A stretch of DNA of 63,806 nt, filler included, from Licmophora abbreviata (lineage: Eukaryota), in NCBI GenBank assembly GCA_900291995.1. It is 11 parts of 11 records of this genome, joined end to end, with 100 filler letters (N's around TTAATTAATTAA, not from the genome) between each part and the next. Parts side by side here need not be neighbours in the genome. Positions count along the whole stretch, not along the records: positions 21,269 to 28,686 come from OLMU01004178.1; positions 28,787 to 36,031 come from OLMU01004179.1; 9 more parts are not named here. The stretch is one strand, 5' to 3'. Positions 23,049-34,633 of the stretch are shown piece after piece (the stretch's first letter is position 1; each line of letters begins with the position of its first letter). The position numbers and the translations under genes are program-made. Below the pieces are notes generated by a model. That model had not been told where the DNA came from and ran no database searches. It saw only the letters and a program-made list of their open reading frames with translations.

Positions 23049-24770
23049 TCACGTCCTCCACTTTCGGCACTTCTCACACATGCACTTCTTGGCTTTCTCG
23101 ACATTCATTCTTCTCCGAACCGCTCTCCAATCCGTTACCTGGTGCATACCACGTACAAGTTGTCCACCATTGATGAGGATCCTCGCGTCCTTGTTCGCAC
23201 ACGGAAATTCGACCCCGTACCCTGTCATGGGAGTCAGCTTCCACTCGTCGCAATCGGGGACTAGCATTTCCTCGTACCCAAGCTTCTCCATCGTTGCAAA
23301 AAGGCCAATACTGTTCATTTTTTGAAGCAATGCCGGCGAGTACTTGGCAAGTGACTTCCCGATGCCTCCCGAGCGTGGTCGGTATGATCCAAGCTGATCA
23401 ATTTCTTGTTTTGTGATGCAGTGATTGATGCGGCCATCGAAGAACTTCATATTCTTGACCTCAAATATGAATTTAATCGCTTTAGCCATCACCTTCTCTC
23501 GGTATCGAATCAAGTCTTCATATCTGACGAGTAATATTGGTACTTTCTGGCGCAACCAAAACTCGTGGAACTCCTTCCAAACCTGAACTTCCTTGAAAGC
23601 CATGCGTTCCCACAGCTGCACATGCTTCAGCCGCGTCTCTTCACTTATGCTGGTCGTATGAGTATTCGTCATCATGAGATTGAAGTATGACTCTATAGCA
23701 TCGTACGGGTTTCGGACTAGAAGAACCACTTTCGATGCCCAGAATGCCGGATGTCCCCGTCGTTCCGGATAGTGTGTCTTCACAAAAGGAACCTTGTGAA
23801 GAGAAACGGCGGCTTCTCCTACCAAGTCATGTTTTGTCAGGCCTCCTCGCATGTCACTTCCAGTCACACGCAAGCTTATGCGCTCAAACAGATTGCGCAT
23901 CAGGGAGTTACCACTTCGAGGATACGATGCCAGCACAGTCACAAGGTGAAAAGCTGCTTTGCTCTTTGACTGGGAGAACATCATGAGTTCGTATGGACTC
24001 GGAATGTCGGGAAAGTGCTGTGTCACGTCGAACCGCTTGGAGTACTTCTTCACCAGGGTTTGCCACTCGTATGCTGCAATCTGATCAGTTGTTTTATTCT
24101 TTGGATACGGGTTGCTCTCGTATAGCTCATACTGCTCCTCTTCAGACAACGATCTGAAATGTCGCACTCTTTTTCCAATGCGACGAGTATTGAGTCGCGC
24201 AAGGAGTGTGTCTGGGTTTTCGAGTCCATCCGGGAGTGTTTGTCGATGGGTACGCTTCTCCTCGGTCTCGTTTTCCTTCTTTGCGTCCTCGCCGGTGGTG
24301 TCATTTTCGTTCTCTTCCCTGTTCTCTTCCTGGTCAACACCTTCATCGTGTTCCTCCCGCAGGGAGCTCGCGGTGACTGCGGCAGTATCAACGTCGTCAT
24401 CTGCAGTCATCAAGGCGGCTGCATTCGTTAGATCCACTGCCGTCCCTTCATCGTTGTCGCTTTCATTCTTCACTTTTTCCTTTCTCTGTTTCCTGTTGGG
24501 CCGACGAGCTATCCGATACCGACGCGAGGCGACTGCCATGCGATTGCGATCGTCGTCTGTGAGATGTAAAAGCATGCGCATCTGCAACTGAGGTTCCAAA
24601 GATTCCAATGGTGACAGACTCTCTTTCTCGTTATAGAAAGGCAGCATGGTCAGGGATAGTCTCTCTGGATCAAGTACATGTCCGCCATCTGTGCAAGGAC
24701 AATGGGATGACATCCAACGGACGACGCGCCATTTTCGAAATATCGGAATATCGCGAGTTTCGAAGTCCAT
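23049..24770 (-). CDS. Sulfotransferase-domain protein with an acidic N-terminal extension
   Basis: 5'-PSB VLASYPRSGNSLMR, FVKTH, 3'-PB LLVRNPYDAIESYF, LVRYEDL, MEKLGY. Confidence 0.9.
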   Translation of the reverse strand: MDFETRDIPIFRKWRVVRWMSSHCPCTDGGHVLDPERLSLTMLPFYNEKESLSPLESLEPQLQMRMLLHLTDDDRNRMAVASRRYRIARRPNRKQRKEKVKNESDNDEGTAVDLTNAAALMTADDDVDTAAVTASSLREEHDEGVDQEENREENENDTTGEDAKKENETEEKRTHRQTLPDGLENPDTLLARLNTRRIGKRVRHFRSLSEEEQYELYESNPYPKNKTTDQIAAYEWQTLVKKYSKRFDVTQHFPDIPSPYELMMFSQSKSKAAFHLVTVLASYPRSGNSLMRNLFERISLRVTGSDMRGGLTKHDLVGEAAVSLHKVPFVKTHYPERRGHPAFWASKVVLLVRNPYDAIESYFNLMMTNTHTTSISEETRLKHVQLWERMAFKEVQVWKEFHEFWLRQKVPILLVRYEDLIRYREKVMAKAIKFIFEVKNMKFFDGRINHCITKQEIDQLGSYRPRSGGIGKSLAKYSPALLQKMNSIGLFATMEKLGYEEMLVPDCDEWKLTPMTGYGVEFPCANKDARILINGGQLVRGMHQVTDWRAVRRRMNVEKAKKCMCEKCRKWRT

Positions 24771-25100
24771 CACAATTTCGAAATTTGAGATTGGCGGGAA
24801 AGCCGGTCGCGCGCGCGAGCATTTCCATGTTCAATGTCGTCGCCGGCGGGCGTCTCTCGCCCCTGTGAGAATGTGTGCGTGAGTGAGTCGAGTCGATTTG
24901 AGTGAGTCAAGTCTCTCCCTTTGCCTGATCTCTCTGTCGCGGCGCTGAATGCATTCAAGCTTGATTGATAACGGTGCAGTAGCCCGATTCAATTGTGGAA
25001 TAGGGTACGATACCAGAATCAGTTGTATTCTGTGAGTTTACACATAACTATCAATGTTAGCAGAGGTCAATGTACCATGCCTAGCTAGGGGCTAGGGGCA

Positions 25101-25733
25101 CTACTCTGGCGGAGCCATCCCGTGAGGCTCCTCGCCGACACATTCTTCACCTGCACAGCAAGAAGTAGCCGTCATAAAAGTTGAAAATAAAGCCTCTAGC
25201 CACGAGGGCTCCTCGACTTCTTTCTCTGGAGGGGAGCGTCGCGGTCGTTTCCGGGCTCGAGGCTTCTGCAAAGGCTCAGGTTTGGGAGTCACAATAATAG
25301 GGGGAGGAGCCGCCATCTCCATTTCAAGCTTCCGTCGCTGATCCTCTTGACGGGCTCTGTCTCGCTCGTGCTTCTCCAGCAATCTCTTCTCCCTTAGCTT
25401 GTCAACAGCGTCCTCCTCCACCTCCATTTTGAGTGTTCGCCTCGTGAACTGCACCACTTCTGCCCGCGCTTCACGACGTACTTGACGCGGCTCCTTTCGC
25501 CGCAAGCGAAAATCGTGTTCCCGTTCGGCATGTTCGTTCCATTCCAATCTGCGATGACGATCGGATCGATGGTGATCTCTCGCTACGGGCAATGACTGCT
25601 TTTCGTTCTCCTTGCCCTCTGCCAAGACCTGCCTCCATTGCTCCTTGCGTCTGTTGATCTTAGCTCGCTTGAGCTGCGACAAAGCAGGCGATTGACCTGC
25701 AGCATTACTGAGGCTGCTAGTACGAGACGACAT
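25101..25733 (-). CDS. Hypothetical charged coiled-coil protein
   Basis: 210-aa ORF, E/R/K-rich, with a CC motif near the C-terminus. Confidence 0.6.
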   Translation of the reverse strand: MSSRTSSLSNAAGQSPALSQLKRAKINRRKEQWRQVLAEGKENEKQSLPVARDHHRSDRHRRLEWNEHAEREHDFRLRRKEPRQVRREARAEVVQFTRRTLKMEVEEDAVDKLREKRLLEKHERDRARQEDQRRKLEMEMAAPPPIIVTPKPEPLQKPRARKRPRRSPPEKEVEEPSWLEALFSTFMTATSCCAGEECVGEEPHGMAPPE

Positions 25734-26063
25734 GGCGGAGCCTGGTGCAATGCTTCACTAATGCTGTGATACACTGCCGACCGCGTCACTCGAGATGCCA
25801 AGATGAGATAGCAGCAGAGCAGATTTTTCGGACCGAATGGGTGAAATTTTCTAGTTCGCGAAAAGCATTGAACTTTCTTCGCGTCTGAATACGTTTCAAA
25901 ACGTGAGATTATCTCCGGCGACAATGATCGAATGAACATTCCAGATTCCTCACCGCGCAGAGGTTCGCGGGTCGGGCGTCGTCATCGTCACTTTAGTTTT
26001 GAAACGAAAATTGAAAATTACGACGATGGCGCCGACTTCACTTTATCGCAGACGATACGGAAA

Positions 26064-28098
26064 ATGACTGAATCCGAGCTTCCGAAGGACGCAGAGGGCC
26101 TCGACGAAAGATACGATGTAATCTTGTGTGGAACAGGTCTGGTCCAATCGATTTTAGCGTCCGCCCTGGCTAGAGCAGGCAAGACGATTCTGCACTGCGA
26201 CGGCAATGACAGACTACTACGGCGAATTTGATGCCGTCGTTTCGCGTTCGTACGAGTGGAACCAGCCGCAGGAAGAAGACGAAATCATCAAAGACAATTC
26301 TGCTGGATCGATTCCTCTTCGTTCGAAAGCGAAGATTCGGTACATTTCCTCCAAGACGAGCACAAACGTCGACTTCGAAGTGGGAACAGAAGTCACGACT
26401 CCATACGGGATAGGGCGCATACTTTCTCTTTCTCCTCTCCAAATTCAGCTGGAACGCTGGATTCTAGCCAGTGGATGCTCTCCGATCCTACACATGGACG
26501 TTTCAGCTTTACAAAACGGCACACTGGTTCCAACAAGACAGATACAAGACGAGGACATGCTCAAACGGAGATTCTCGCTCGACTTGACAGCATCGCTAGT
26601 GTTTGCCTCAGGCGTGGCGGTGGAGGGGCTCCTTCTTTCGGGCGTAGCCGAGTATTTGGAGTTTAAATCCATTGAAGGCCTCTTGTGGAGCGAACTCAGT
26701 GGCGACAAGGCAGTTCTGTCACGGGTTCCTTGTGGTAAGGCCGACGTCTTCGCCACGTCTCTACTATCGCCGTTGGACAAGCGGAAGCTCATGAAGTTTC
26801 TGCAGCTCACCTTGGACTACGCAACATCTAAAATCAGTCATAACGAGGACAAAGAGGATGCTGTGGAAGTTCCCTTTGATAGTGAAGGTGTGGGTGCGGA
26901 AATATCGGAGGCGACACCAGACGCCATCGAGGTCAAGCCGACTCATGGTACAGGCGAAGAAGAAGTCCAATTTCTCAATGAAAAACACCTCAACCAAGGG
27001 CGGTCCCTGGCCCGCCCACAGAATAAGGCTGTATCGACAAAAGACCTGGAAACACTGCAGTCGTCGCTGGACATGACTTTTTCCGAATATCTGGCAAAAC
27101 AGGCCAAGCTGTCGCCCAGACTGATTGCTCTCGTCACGCACGCGCTAGCCCTGCAGAATGCGCTTGGCGCTTCAACAGAGCAAGCCATGACGCGGTTGTG
27201 TCAACATGTACAGGCTTTGGGTAGATTTGGAACGACGGCTTTCTTGGTGCCCATGTACGGGAGCGGGGAACTGTCGCAGGCGTTTTGTCGATCGGCGGCC
27301 GTTCACGGTGGCACGTACTTGTTGCGACGAGCTCCTAAGAGTGTACTTCTCGATAACGGAGGACAGCACGTGTCTGGAATTGTGTTAGGAGGAGACAATA
27401 CTGCCGAGTTTGGGGGGTGTACAGAAGACAAGAGGATCCACGGTGATCATGTCGTGGTGCCTCGGCATGGTATACTGGACTCTTGCTCTTCAACAGGAAG
27501 GCACCTTCTGAGACGCATCAGCATCGTACAAGGTAGACTGCTGCTCGAGCACAGCGAACAACGCCATGTTATACTTCTTCCACCAGGTGAAGTTGGGAAT
27601 ACAAACGTTATCTATGGTCTCGTACTGGACAGCGGGGTACAGATTGCTCCTACAGGCTGCGCCGTGTTGCACCTTAGCACCATAGTTGAGCAAGATGAGA
27701 ATGGCGAAATCTTTGGTGCGGCTACTCTCGAGAAGGCTGCAGAGCTTCTCAAGGCTCGCGAAATTAGTACTGTGTCCTACAGCTATCCGCTTCCCAACCA
27801 GGCATTCGCAGTGGCGGAAGGTCTTCATGTCTGTCGGCAGGCCGGTGAGAGTTTGGTAATCGACGACGCGTTCGAAGCAGCCAGAGAGATATTTGAACGG
27901 ATATGTCCCGGGCAGAAGTTTCTTCAGCTGTCAGACGAAATGAATACAGCAATCCAGGAAAGACTGGCCGGTCGTAATGAGGAAGAGGATGATGAAGGAA
28001 TGGTACTTCAAAGTGCCGTGAACATGATGACTTTGAAGGAAGAACAGAGAGTTGATATGGATGGAGATGAAGCAACGGAACCAGGAGAGGAGTCATAA
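26064..28098 (+). CDS. Rab escort protein (REP/CHM, GDI family); frameshifted by a 4-nt insertion at ~26211-26214
   Basis: YDVILCGTGLVQSILASALARAGKTILHCDGND|YYG, RRFSLDL, SGVAEYLEFK, VPCGKADVF, LDKRKLMKFL, PMYGSGELSQAFCRSAAVHGGTYLL. Confidence 0.92.
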
Positions 28099-28151
28099 GT
28101 TAAAGTAGCGGTAACTTATGTGGAATCACGGTGTCCATCTAGAAGTTAGAC

Positions 28152-28686
28152 TGTACCAGTGGTGGGGGTTGTGGTGGTTTTCTTGCTATGAAGGAGGAGC
28201 AGCTCTCGTCCTACTCAAAGGCGATCACTGATCGAAACCAGGGAAGAGCCCTCCTGTACGTGGCTGCGGGGGTGCCATGATACCGGGTATGCCCCGACCG
28301 ATATCTGTACCGGTACGGAGTTGCCCCCGATTAGGTGCACCAGGAAGCAGCTGGCTGCCGGTACAGCCAATACCTACTTAGCTAGGGACGACAACCTCCA
28401 TATAACATATATGGGCGAAGCCCGAATCTCTAAATACTCTATCTATCAACACTCAATAGAGACACCATAGGGATGAAGACGAGAAGCTTCGCGGTGCTAG
28501 CCCCATCCTGACTATCAGTTCTCTGTCGTCCCTCATGGGTCCCGATCCCTTTCAGCCATCCCCTTCGCCCTAAGGGCTAAGGGAGCGGCATGTATGCAAA
28601 CATTTCTATATAGTCGCCACTAGCGCTCCCTAGAAAATAAGAGAGCGTAGTAGCACTAAGGTTTTCAGCTGAAGCGACCTCAGTTT
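28152..28686. mobile_element. Putative transposon terminus/LTR fragment or structured ncRNA, truncated by the gap
   Basis: Begins TGTAC about 50 nt after the REP stop, has no ORF of 60 aa or more, is dense in palindromes and hairpins, and ends at an assembly break. Confidence 0.4.
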
Positions 28687-28786
28687 NNNNNNNNNNNNNN
28701 NNNNNNNNNNNNNNNNNNNNNNNNNNNNNNTTAATTAATTAANNNNNNNNNNNNNNNNNNNNNNNNNNNNNNNNNNNNNNNNNNNN
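28687..28786. other. Artificial scaffold spacer
   Basis: N-linker-N. Confidence 0.99.
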
Positions 28787-29601
28787 GAGTCATCCAGCAT
28801 GTCGGACTGTTCAGGTCTCTCAAACGTCGATGATCCTTCCGACTGGTCTTCTCCTTCGCTGGATAGTATCGTTGGAAGGTAACGCCGGTAGCGATTTCTC
28901 GGGACCGAGTCTTGCGACGAGGAAATCTGCCAGTTGGGATCATCCCCTTCGTCCCTCACTATCGCTAACGGAGAGCTCTGAAATGAGAGCGATGAGCGCG
29001 ACTGTAGGTAGGACTGTCTGATGGACAATGTGTTCATCCCTCTTGATAAGTTTTGTTCACGCATCCTTTGGATTCGCTCTTTTTCTGCTAAAAATTTTCG
29101 CGATTTATCGTGAAAGTCTTGTGTAGCGTCCTCTGTGCTGCTCTCTCTCGATGAAAGAGACGACGGACGGGGGAGAACATCATGGAATTCGGAGAAATCG
29201 AACGAGCGACTCCGATTGTTCATGGGTTCACTCTCGCTGTTGAGTGGAGAGACGACGTGCACCGCCGTCGAGCTCAACGGGTGCCCGCTCCTCTGTCGGG
29301 GTTCTCCAACGCCAGGATCGTTGTCGGTTTGACAGACGAAAGACGCAAGAGCCCCCATATCCATCTGCGGGGACCGTTTGTGATGACTAGATCCTCTTCT
29401 TGGAACGTTGGAAGCAGTAAAGGTGTCACGGTTTTCCACTCCAACGGACAACATCAATTGGTCTCGCCGCAAAATACCAAATTCGCGTGACGAATTCATT
29501 GCGTCTGACTGCTGACTGACAAGGTGAGATCTCGGGGGAGTGATGAAGACAGAGCCGCTGCTTTCACCTGCGAATGAGGTCGCACAAGTCTCTGGGATCA
29601 T
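28787..29601 (-). CDS. Hypothetical Ser-rich protein, 3'-partial
   Basis: 271 open codons up to the gap; low-complexity S/R/D/E composition; no family recognised. Confidence 0.65.
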
Positions 29602-29901
29602 GCGATGCAGTTAGAATGGGACGAGGCTCAAAGCGAAACACATACATTCGACGAAGCCTTAGGACTCTCGAAGGCGCGGAGTCTTGAAAGTCAGTTGCTC
29701 GAAGGATTCGGCCGCCTAATCGTTGTCGACGTAACCGAAAATTCAGCCATTTACATAAGTCATGTACACCTAAATATCATAAGTGTCTGTATATGCGAAA
29801 ATACCGTAAACCGTTACTCAACGCACAAACGTGAAATGAGGCAGACGAAGTCGACTACCGGTGTGTACGGGGTTTCCTACGGAAAAATTCGTATTAACGA
29901 A

Positions 29902-30080
29902 AAATCCTACTCAACTCTGTGTACCAGCGGTCTACCCAAAGTTTTCGCACCTCGTTCGTTTAAACGCATCCACGCAAATCCTACTCAAACTCTGTGTAGT
30001 TTTCGCGCCTTCGTTTGAAACGCATCCTCTGTCAATTCTGTGTCGTCTTTCGTACCTTCGTTTGAATCGCAACCCACGTA
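29902..30080. repeat. Three degenerate tandem copies of a ~52-74-nt unit
   Basis: aaatcctactcaa(a)ctctgtgta at 29902 and 29976; tttcg..cct..ttcgttt(g)aa.cgca.cc at ~29943, ~30001 and ~30048. Confidence 0.75.
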
Positions 30081-30403
30081 AAATTTGCTGATGCCTTTGT
30101 TCTTCGGTCCCAGTATCGCGTCATCCAAATGTTGTCTGCCTGCCATTTCAGAATTCAAACCGCAGTACTGCTGGCTGGAAGGTGAAGACTCGCAGCCTTT
30201 CACGAAATATATTCGACTAGCCTACACTAGGAAATCCATCTAACAGCATGTACAATATCGCTATCATAAAATTCAGGCTTTGTAGCTAACTGTGCAGCAG
30301 ATTATATTTGGCTCTTGACGTACTACTGGAACAACAACAACGACGACAGCAAACAACGCCGGGTCGAAAAGGCAAGGCCTTCCTCGTAGCAGCAACGTCT
30401 GTT

Positions 30404-32045
30404 TTAGTCGAACGATCCATACGAACTATCGGTATCAGTGCCTGTAGTACGAAGGGTCGCGGGCCGGTAGTTGGACTTTTCCGGAGATTCCGTCAGGGGC
30501 CGGTAGTTTGTCCTCACTCCGAGAGTTTCGGGCATGAACTGAAAGAGTAGAACTGGAATGAATGAAATCACAAGTGACGCTGTCAAGCTAGCGACATGAC
30601 CAACCTTTTCCACCGCCATTTGGCCAAAATAGTTGGAAAGCGTCGCTCCGAGACCAAAGAACGATGCGATCACGCCCACTGTGCGATCCATGGAATATAA
30701 TATATATATGTGAGAAAATGTGCATCGGCGACCGAAACAATCTCCGAGCGACATTGAATAGAACTCACTCAATACGTTGAAACGACCGGTCCCAAAGGTA
30801 ATGTCTGCCACCAGGTAAGGCTGTACGAGGCCAATCAAGCCTCCACCTAGCCCATCCAAGACTTGAGTTGACAAGAGAGCTGCATTGCCTGCGTCTTTTA
30901 GCAATATAATGAGCGCACATCTCAGGGGGAGAGACGCAAGGCCCGCTAGGAACAGAGGTTTCCTTCCAACACCGCGAAGAGTTAGTTTGTCCCCGACATA
31001 AGTGGCTGCGGCCATTGTGACTTGCGCTGTAACAATGGCTCCTGCGACCAGAGGAATAGCAAGTTTTGAGTTGCCACCATTCGCCTCGTCCTGGCCCATC
31101 AGCTCACCAAGGACAAGTAGCACATTCGCGTTTGCGAAGCTGGAAATGCGACGACAACAAGCACAGTGAGTTACCGGGATTATCACCACAACATTGATTC
31201 AAGAGGTGGTTTCGTATACACAGATAAATTCAGGGCAGTGGAAGTATTCCAGCAACTCACTGAAAGAAGAAGCCAGTCATGCATAGAATCACACTTTTGC
31301 TATCGGCAAAGACTTTCCAGTAAGATGCAGCTTCGGGCATCTCATCGTCTGTAGTATCCACCTCAGTAGATTCCTCGCCTTCCAACTCCTCCATGTACCC
31401 TTGCTCGTCCATCGCAACCTTGCCCGCAAACCCACGTCCCATTCTTGGGTCTCCCTGAGGCAAGTAGAGGACAAAGAAGCACGCCAGAAGCGCCGATGCC
31501 CCAATGACGAGAAAGCAGTATTTGATATGGGGGTATAGGACAAAGGATACCAATCCCGCCAAGACGGCAGCCGCAACCGAACCAATGTGCCCCCACAAGA
31601 TGTTGGAGGCCATGACGGCATCGAAGTGGCGTGGGCCGAAGGTTGCCAGAGTGAGTGCTGCTAGACAGGGTCCGAGAAAGGAGGCTGTGACGCCCTCTGC
31701 AATTTTGGCAGTGAAGATCAATGCGTGATCGGTATTTCCCTTGTGCACGAGTAGAATGGTGGATGCCGACAGCGCAGTCATGAGACTGGCTACCGCCAAG
31801 AAGATGCGGCGATCGACCGTGGTCTTGTCGACCCAGTCACCGGCCCAGGGCTGAATGACCAGAGCTGTAAAGCCCATGAGACTCAGGGCCAATCCAACAC
31901 TGCCCTCGTTCCAGCCCACGCCAACGAGGTAGATTCCTTGAAAAATGTTGAGGCCATCTCCAAGCTGACCGAGTGCTAGACTCACAAGGAGAAAGGCTAA
32001 TTTGGGTGACAGCAGTCGTCGCGTTGAGGGACCATTTTCCATCAT
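30404..32045 (-). CDS. MFS transporter, 3 exons
   Basis: About 12 TM; QPWAGDWVDKTTVDRR (motif-A-like), WGHIGS, FF|HFANANVL, GRKPLFL, QVLDGLGGG, ADITFGTGRFNV. Confidence 0.92.
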
Positions 32046-32547
32046 CCTGTTGAAACAGGCTACTGTAGAAACCTCGTTGGTCTTGACTGGTGATAGGAAA
32101 GCAACGCAAGCAGGATACTTGCCTGTCTTCTGTTGAATATACTCCAACAATGCTGTGTGTTGTGTGATGGGTGACGAGTTGTTCCTATGATTTCTCCATT
32201 TCTCACGCATCACATCCACTCGGATTTTTCCAGAGAGCGCGCCATGCGGAGTTTTAAATTTGAGACGCCCAAGTAATGTCATAGACACGCTTGGATGAAG
32301 TAGACATTTATGTATGCACTCATATGACCTACAAAGATGAATACAGGAACGGAAAGGTCAATCCCACAACGTTATTTTTCGAGACGGCAAAGCCACCTTC
32401 GTCCTACAAGAAAAATCGAATCCATTTCGATTTTTTGTCATTTTCTTTGGACTCTCGACAGCTGGACAGCCACAACCGCAACCAGCTGCATCACTTGAAT
32501 TACTACAACTCTTTAAGATTGGATCGATCGAGGACACTGTATTTCCG

Positions 32548-34450
32548 ATGGATTCCTACTCCCTGTAAGTTTAGAAATGCTTGAGTCGGGAGCTGGGTAG
32601 GAGCGAGTGTGCCGTTGCGCTCGATGAAGCCATGCATCGTTGCTCACGGACTTTTTCTCGTTTTCATTTTTGATACCTCGTATGATACAATCAATTATAG
32701 TCTGCCAGGATCCCCTGGCGACCCCATCAAAGGCTCCTATGGCAGCATTGATACTATGGAAACCCAACCTGGGAATGAATCCTGGTCGGAGGACTCTTCG
32801 GAGGATCCAAGCCCTTCTGCAAGAAGTGATGCTGTCGAGAAAGCGGACAGCGGATCTCCACGCTTTGCCTCCGGCGTTGCCATTGCACCTGGGTATGGGT
32901 CTCCCGTACGCCTCCTCCGGTCCAGCCAAGGAGGCGCCTTCGAGGATGGCGATCTGACCTCTCCTCTGAAAGCCCTGGCGGAAAGGACTCACATTCCTGT
33001 TGCTGACGAGCATGGCCATCTTGCTCACTACCCCGGCGAGGAAGAGAGCCATCTGCGTGGAAGCAAGTACCTCGACGAACAAGATAAGAAGGAAGCCTCT
33101 CAGTCGATTCTTGTATCTGGCATCACAGGTTTCAAGTGTCTGTACTCCTTCTGCCTTTGGCTCTTCTCTGTTGTTATGATCATGTCCGCGCTCTGCACCA
33201 AGCAAACTATCGCCACCGACGCCGGTGTCCCCACCCCCGTCGCCTTCATTATATTCTGGTTCCTCATCGCCTGGCTGGCCAAGATGGAGGGTGGCCAAGC
33301 CTGTTTGGTGGGCCTCCAGCCCATTGACAAAGCGCTCTACGCTGAGACTCACCCTCGAACTCTCATGAGCACGTCCATGGCTCACAAGGGTGACAACATG
33401 GAGCGCTTTATCATCGGGCGCCAATTCTTGGTTTGTCTCGTCGTCTTTGTTACCGACATGATGGCTTCTACTGTCAAGGACGTTTCTGTTCTCGGTCTCA
33501 GCGAGTTCTGGACCAAGAGTTTCCTCGGATCTGGCGTTGCGGTTACCTTGATTGCCATCATGGTGGGTCAATCGGCTCAAGTCAACGCTGCCAACTGCAT
33601 GCTTGACTTCATCAACACGTACTTCATGCTCTTCACGACGTCCTTGTCGCTGATTCTCGACATGTCTGGCCTCTTGCATTCGGTATACCTTGTCCAGATC
33701 CTTTTCTCCAAGTTCACGAACACTCCCATCGAGTCGGACGAGCCCCCGCGCACTGCCAATCAGAACGTTTGGTTCTGGGCACGTGTTGTCTTCTCGTGCG
33801 GCGCCCTCAGCTTCGCTCTCAGCGTGACGCTGTCAGCTCTCTTCCACGGCCAGACCACAATGTACGAGGGAGTTTCGGACATTGTTTCCGTCATCCTCTT
33901 ATTCATTCTTTTGTGCTTTGTCGGTGTGATGGAGGGTATGCAGATTGCTTTGTTTGCCGTCGTGAACTTGCCTCCCGACGAGGTCGAAGGGCACCCCATG
34001 GCTGCCAAGAGCTGCAAGCTCACCTTCACTGGCTCCAACTTGCAGGCTTTCTTGATTGGGCGACAGATGTGTGTGACTTTGTCCATGTTTATGATCGCTC
34101 GTATCACAAGATGCGATGTCAAGGTGGGAGAAGAAACCGTCTTTGGAGTCAGTGAAAGCGTCCAGAACGGCTTCAACACCGGATTGCTTGGAGCCGTCAT
34201 CACCACCGTTATCGGATCTCTTGCATGGCGTATTATTGCATCTTCATTCCCGGTTGCGTTTTTGTCCAACCCGGTCGTCTACGCGGTTATCCGTCTATGC
34301 CTTGTCGTAGAGTCTTCGGGTATCTGCTCTGTAGCGTGGGTGCTTGCAGTAGTGATGAAGCAAATAGTTGGCTACCAACTGGATGAGGTGTACATTGGCA
34401 CCCCTGAAGAACGGGCAGCCGCTGCAAAGAAGGTCGACGGGGACGTTTGA
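32548..34450 (+). CDS. SIT: Silicon (silicic acid) transporter; exon 1 32548-32564, intron 32565-32700
   Basis: Four GXQ motifs (MEGGQ, FIIGRQF, MEGMQIA, FLIGRQ), CMLDFIN, SGLLHSVYL, LAWRIIASSFPVAFLSNP, DEVYIGTPEER; about 10 TM. Confidence 0.97.
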
Positions 34451-34633
34451 AACGCCTCGCCAGAACTTTCACTCGGTGCGTCTCTGTCAAGACTACGCTC
34501 TCGGCTGTTGGTACTGTCGGACTTTGCTGTACCTGGTACGGTAATTGATATCATAGATCAACCTTACCAGCGTTCTCAACATATACTGAATAGCAGAAGT
34601 GCAGAGTATTTCCAGTAGTACCTGGTAGGACGA

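Noticed and set aside
28228..28238. CTGATCGAAAC as a hammerhead ribozyme core
   Set aside because: It lacks the CUGANGA-stem II-GAAA arrangement; no stem II can form.
32513..33679. 388-aa antisense ORF over SIT (similarly 50013-50729 and 17232-17879)
   Set aside because: Shadow ORFs produced by codon bias on the opposite strand of well-supported genes; no motifs.
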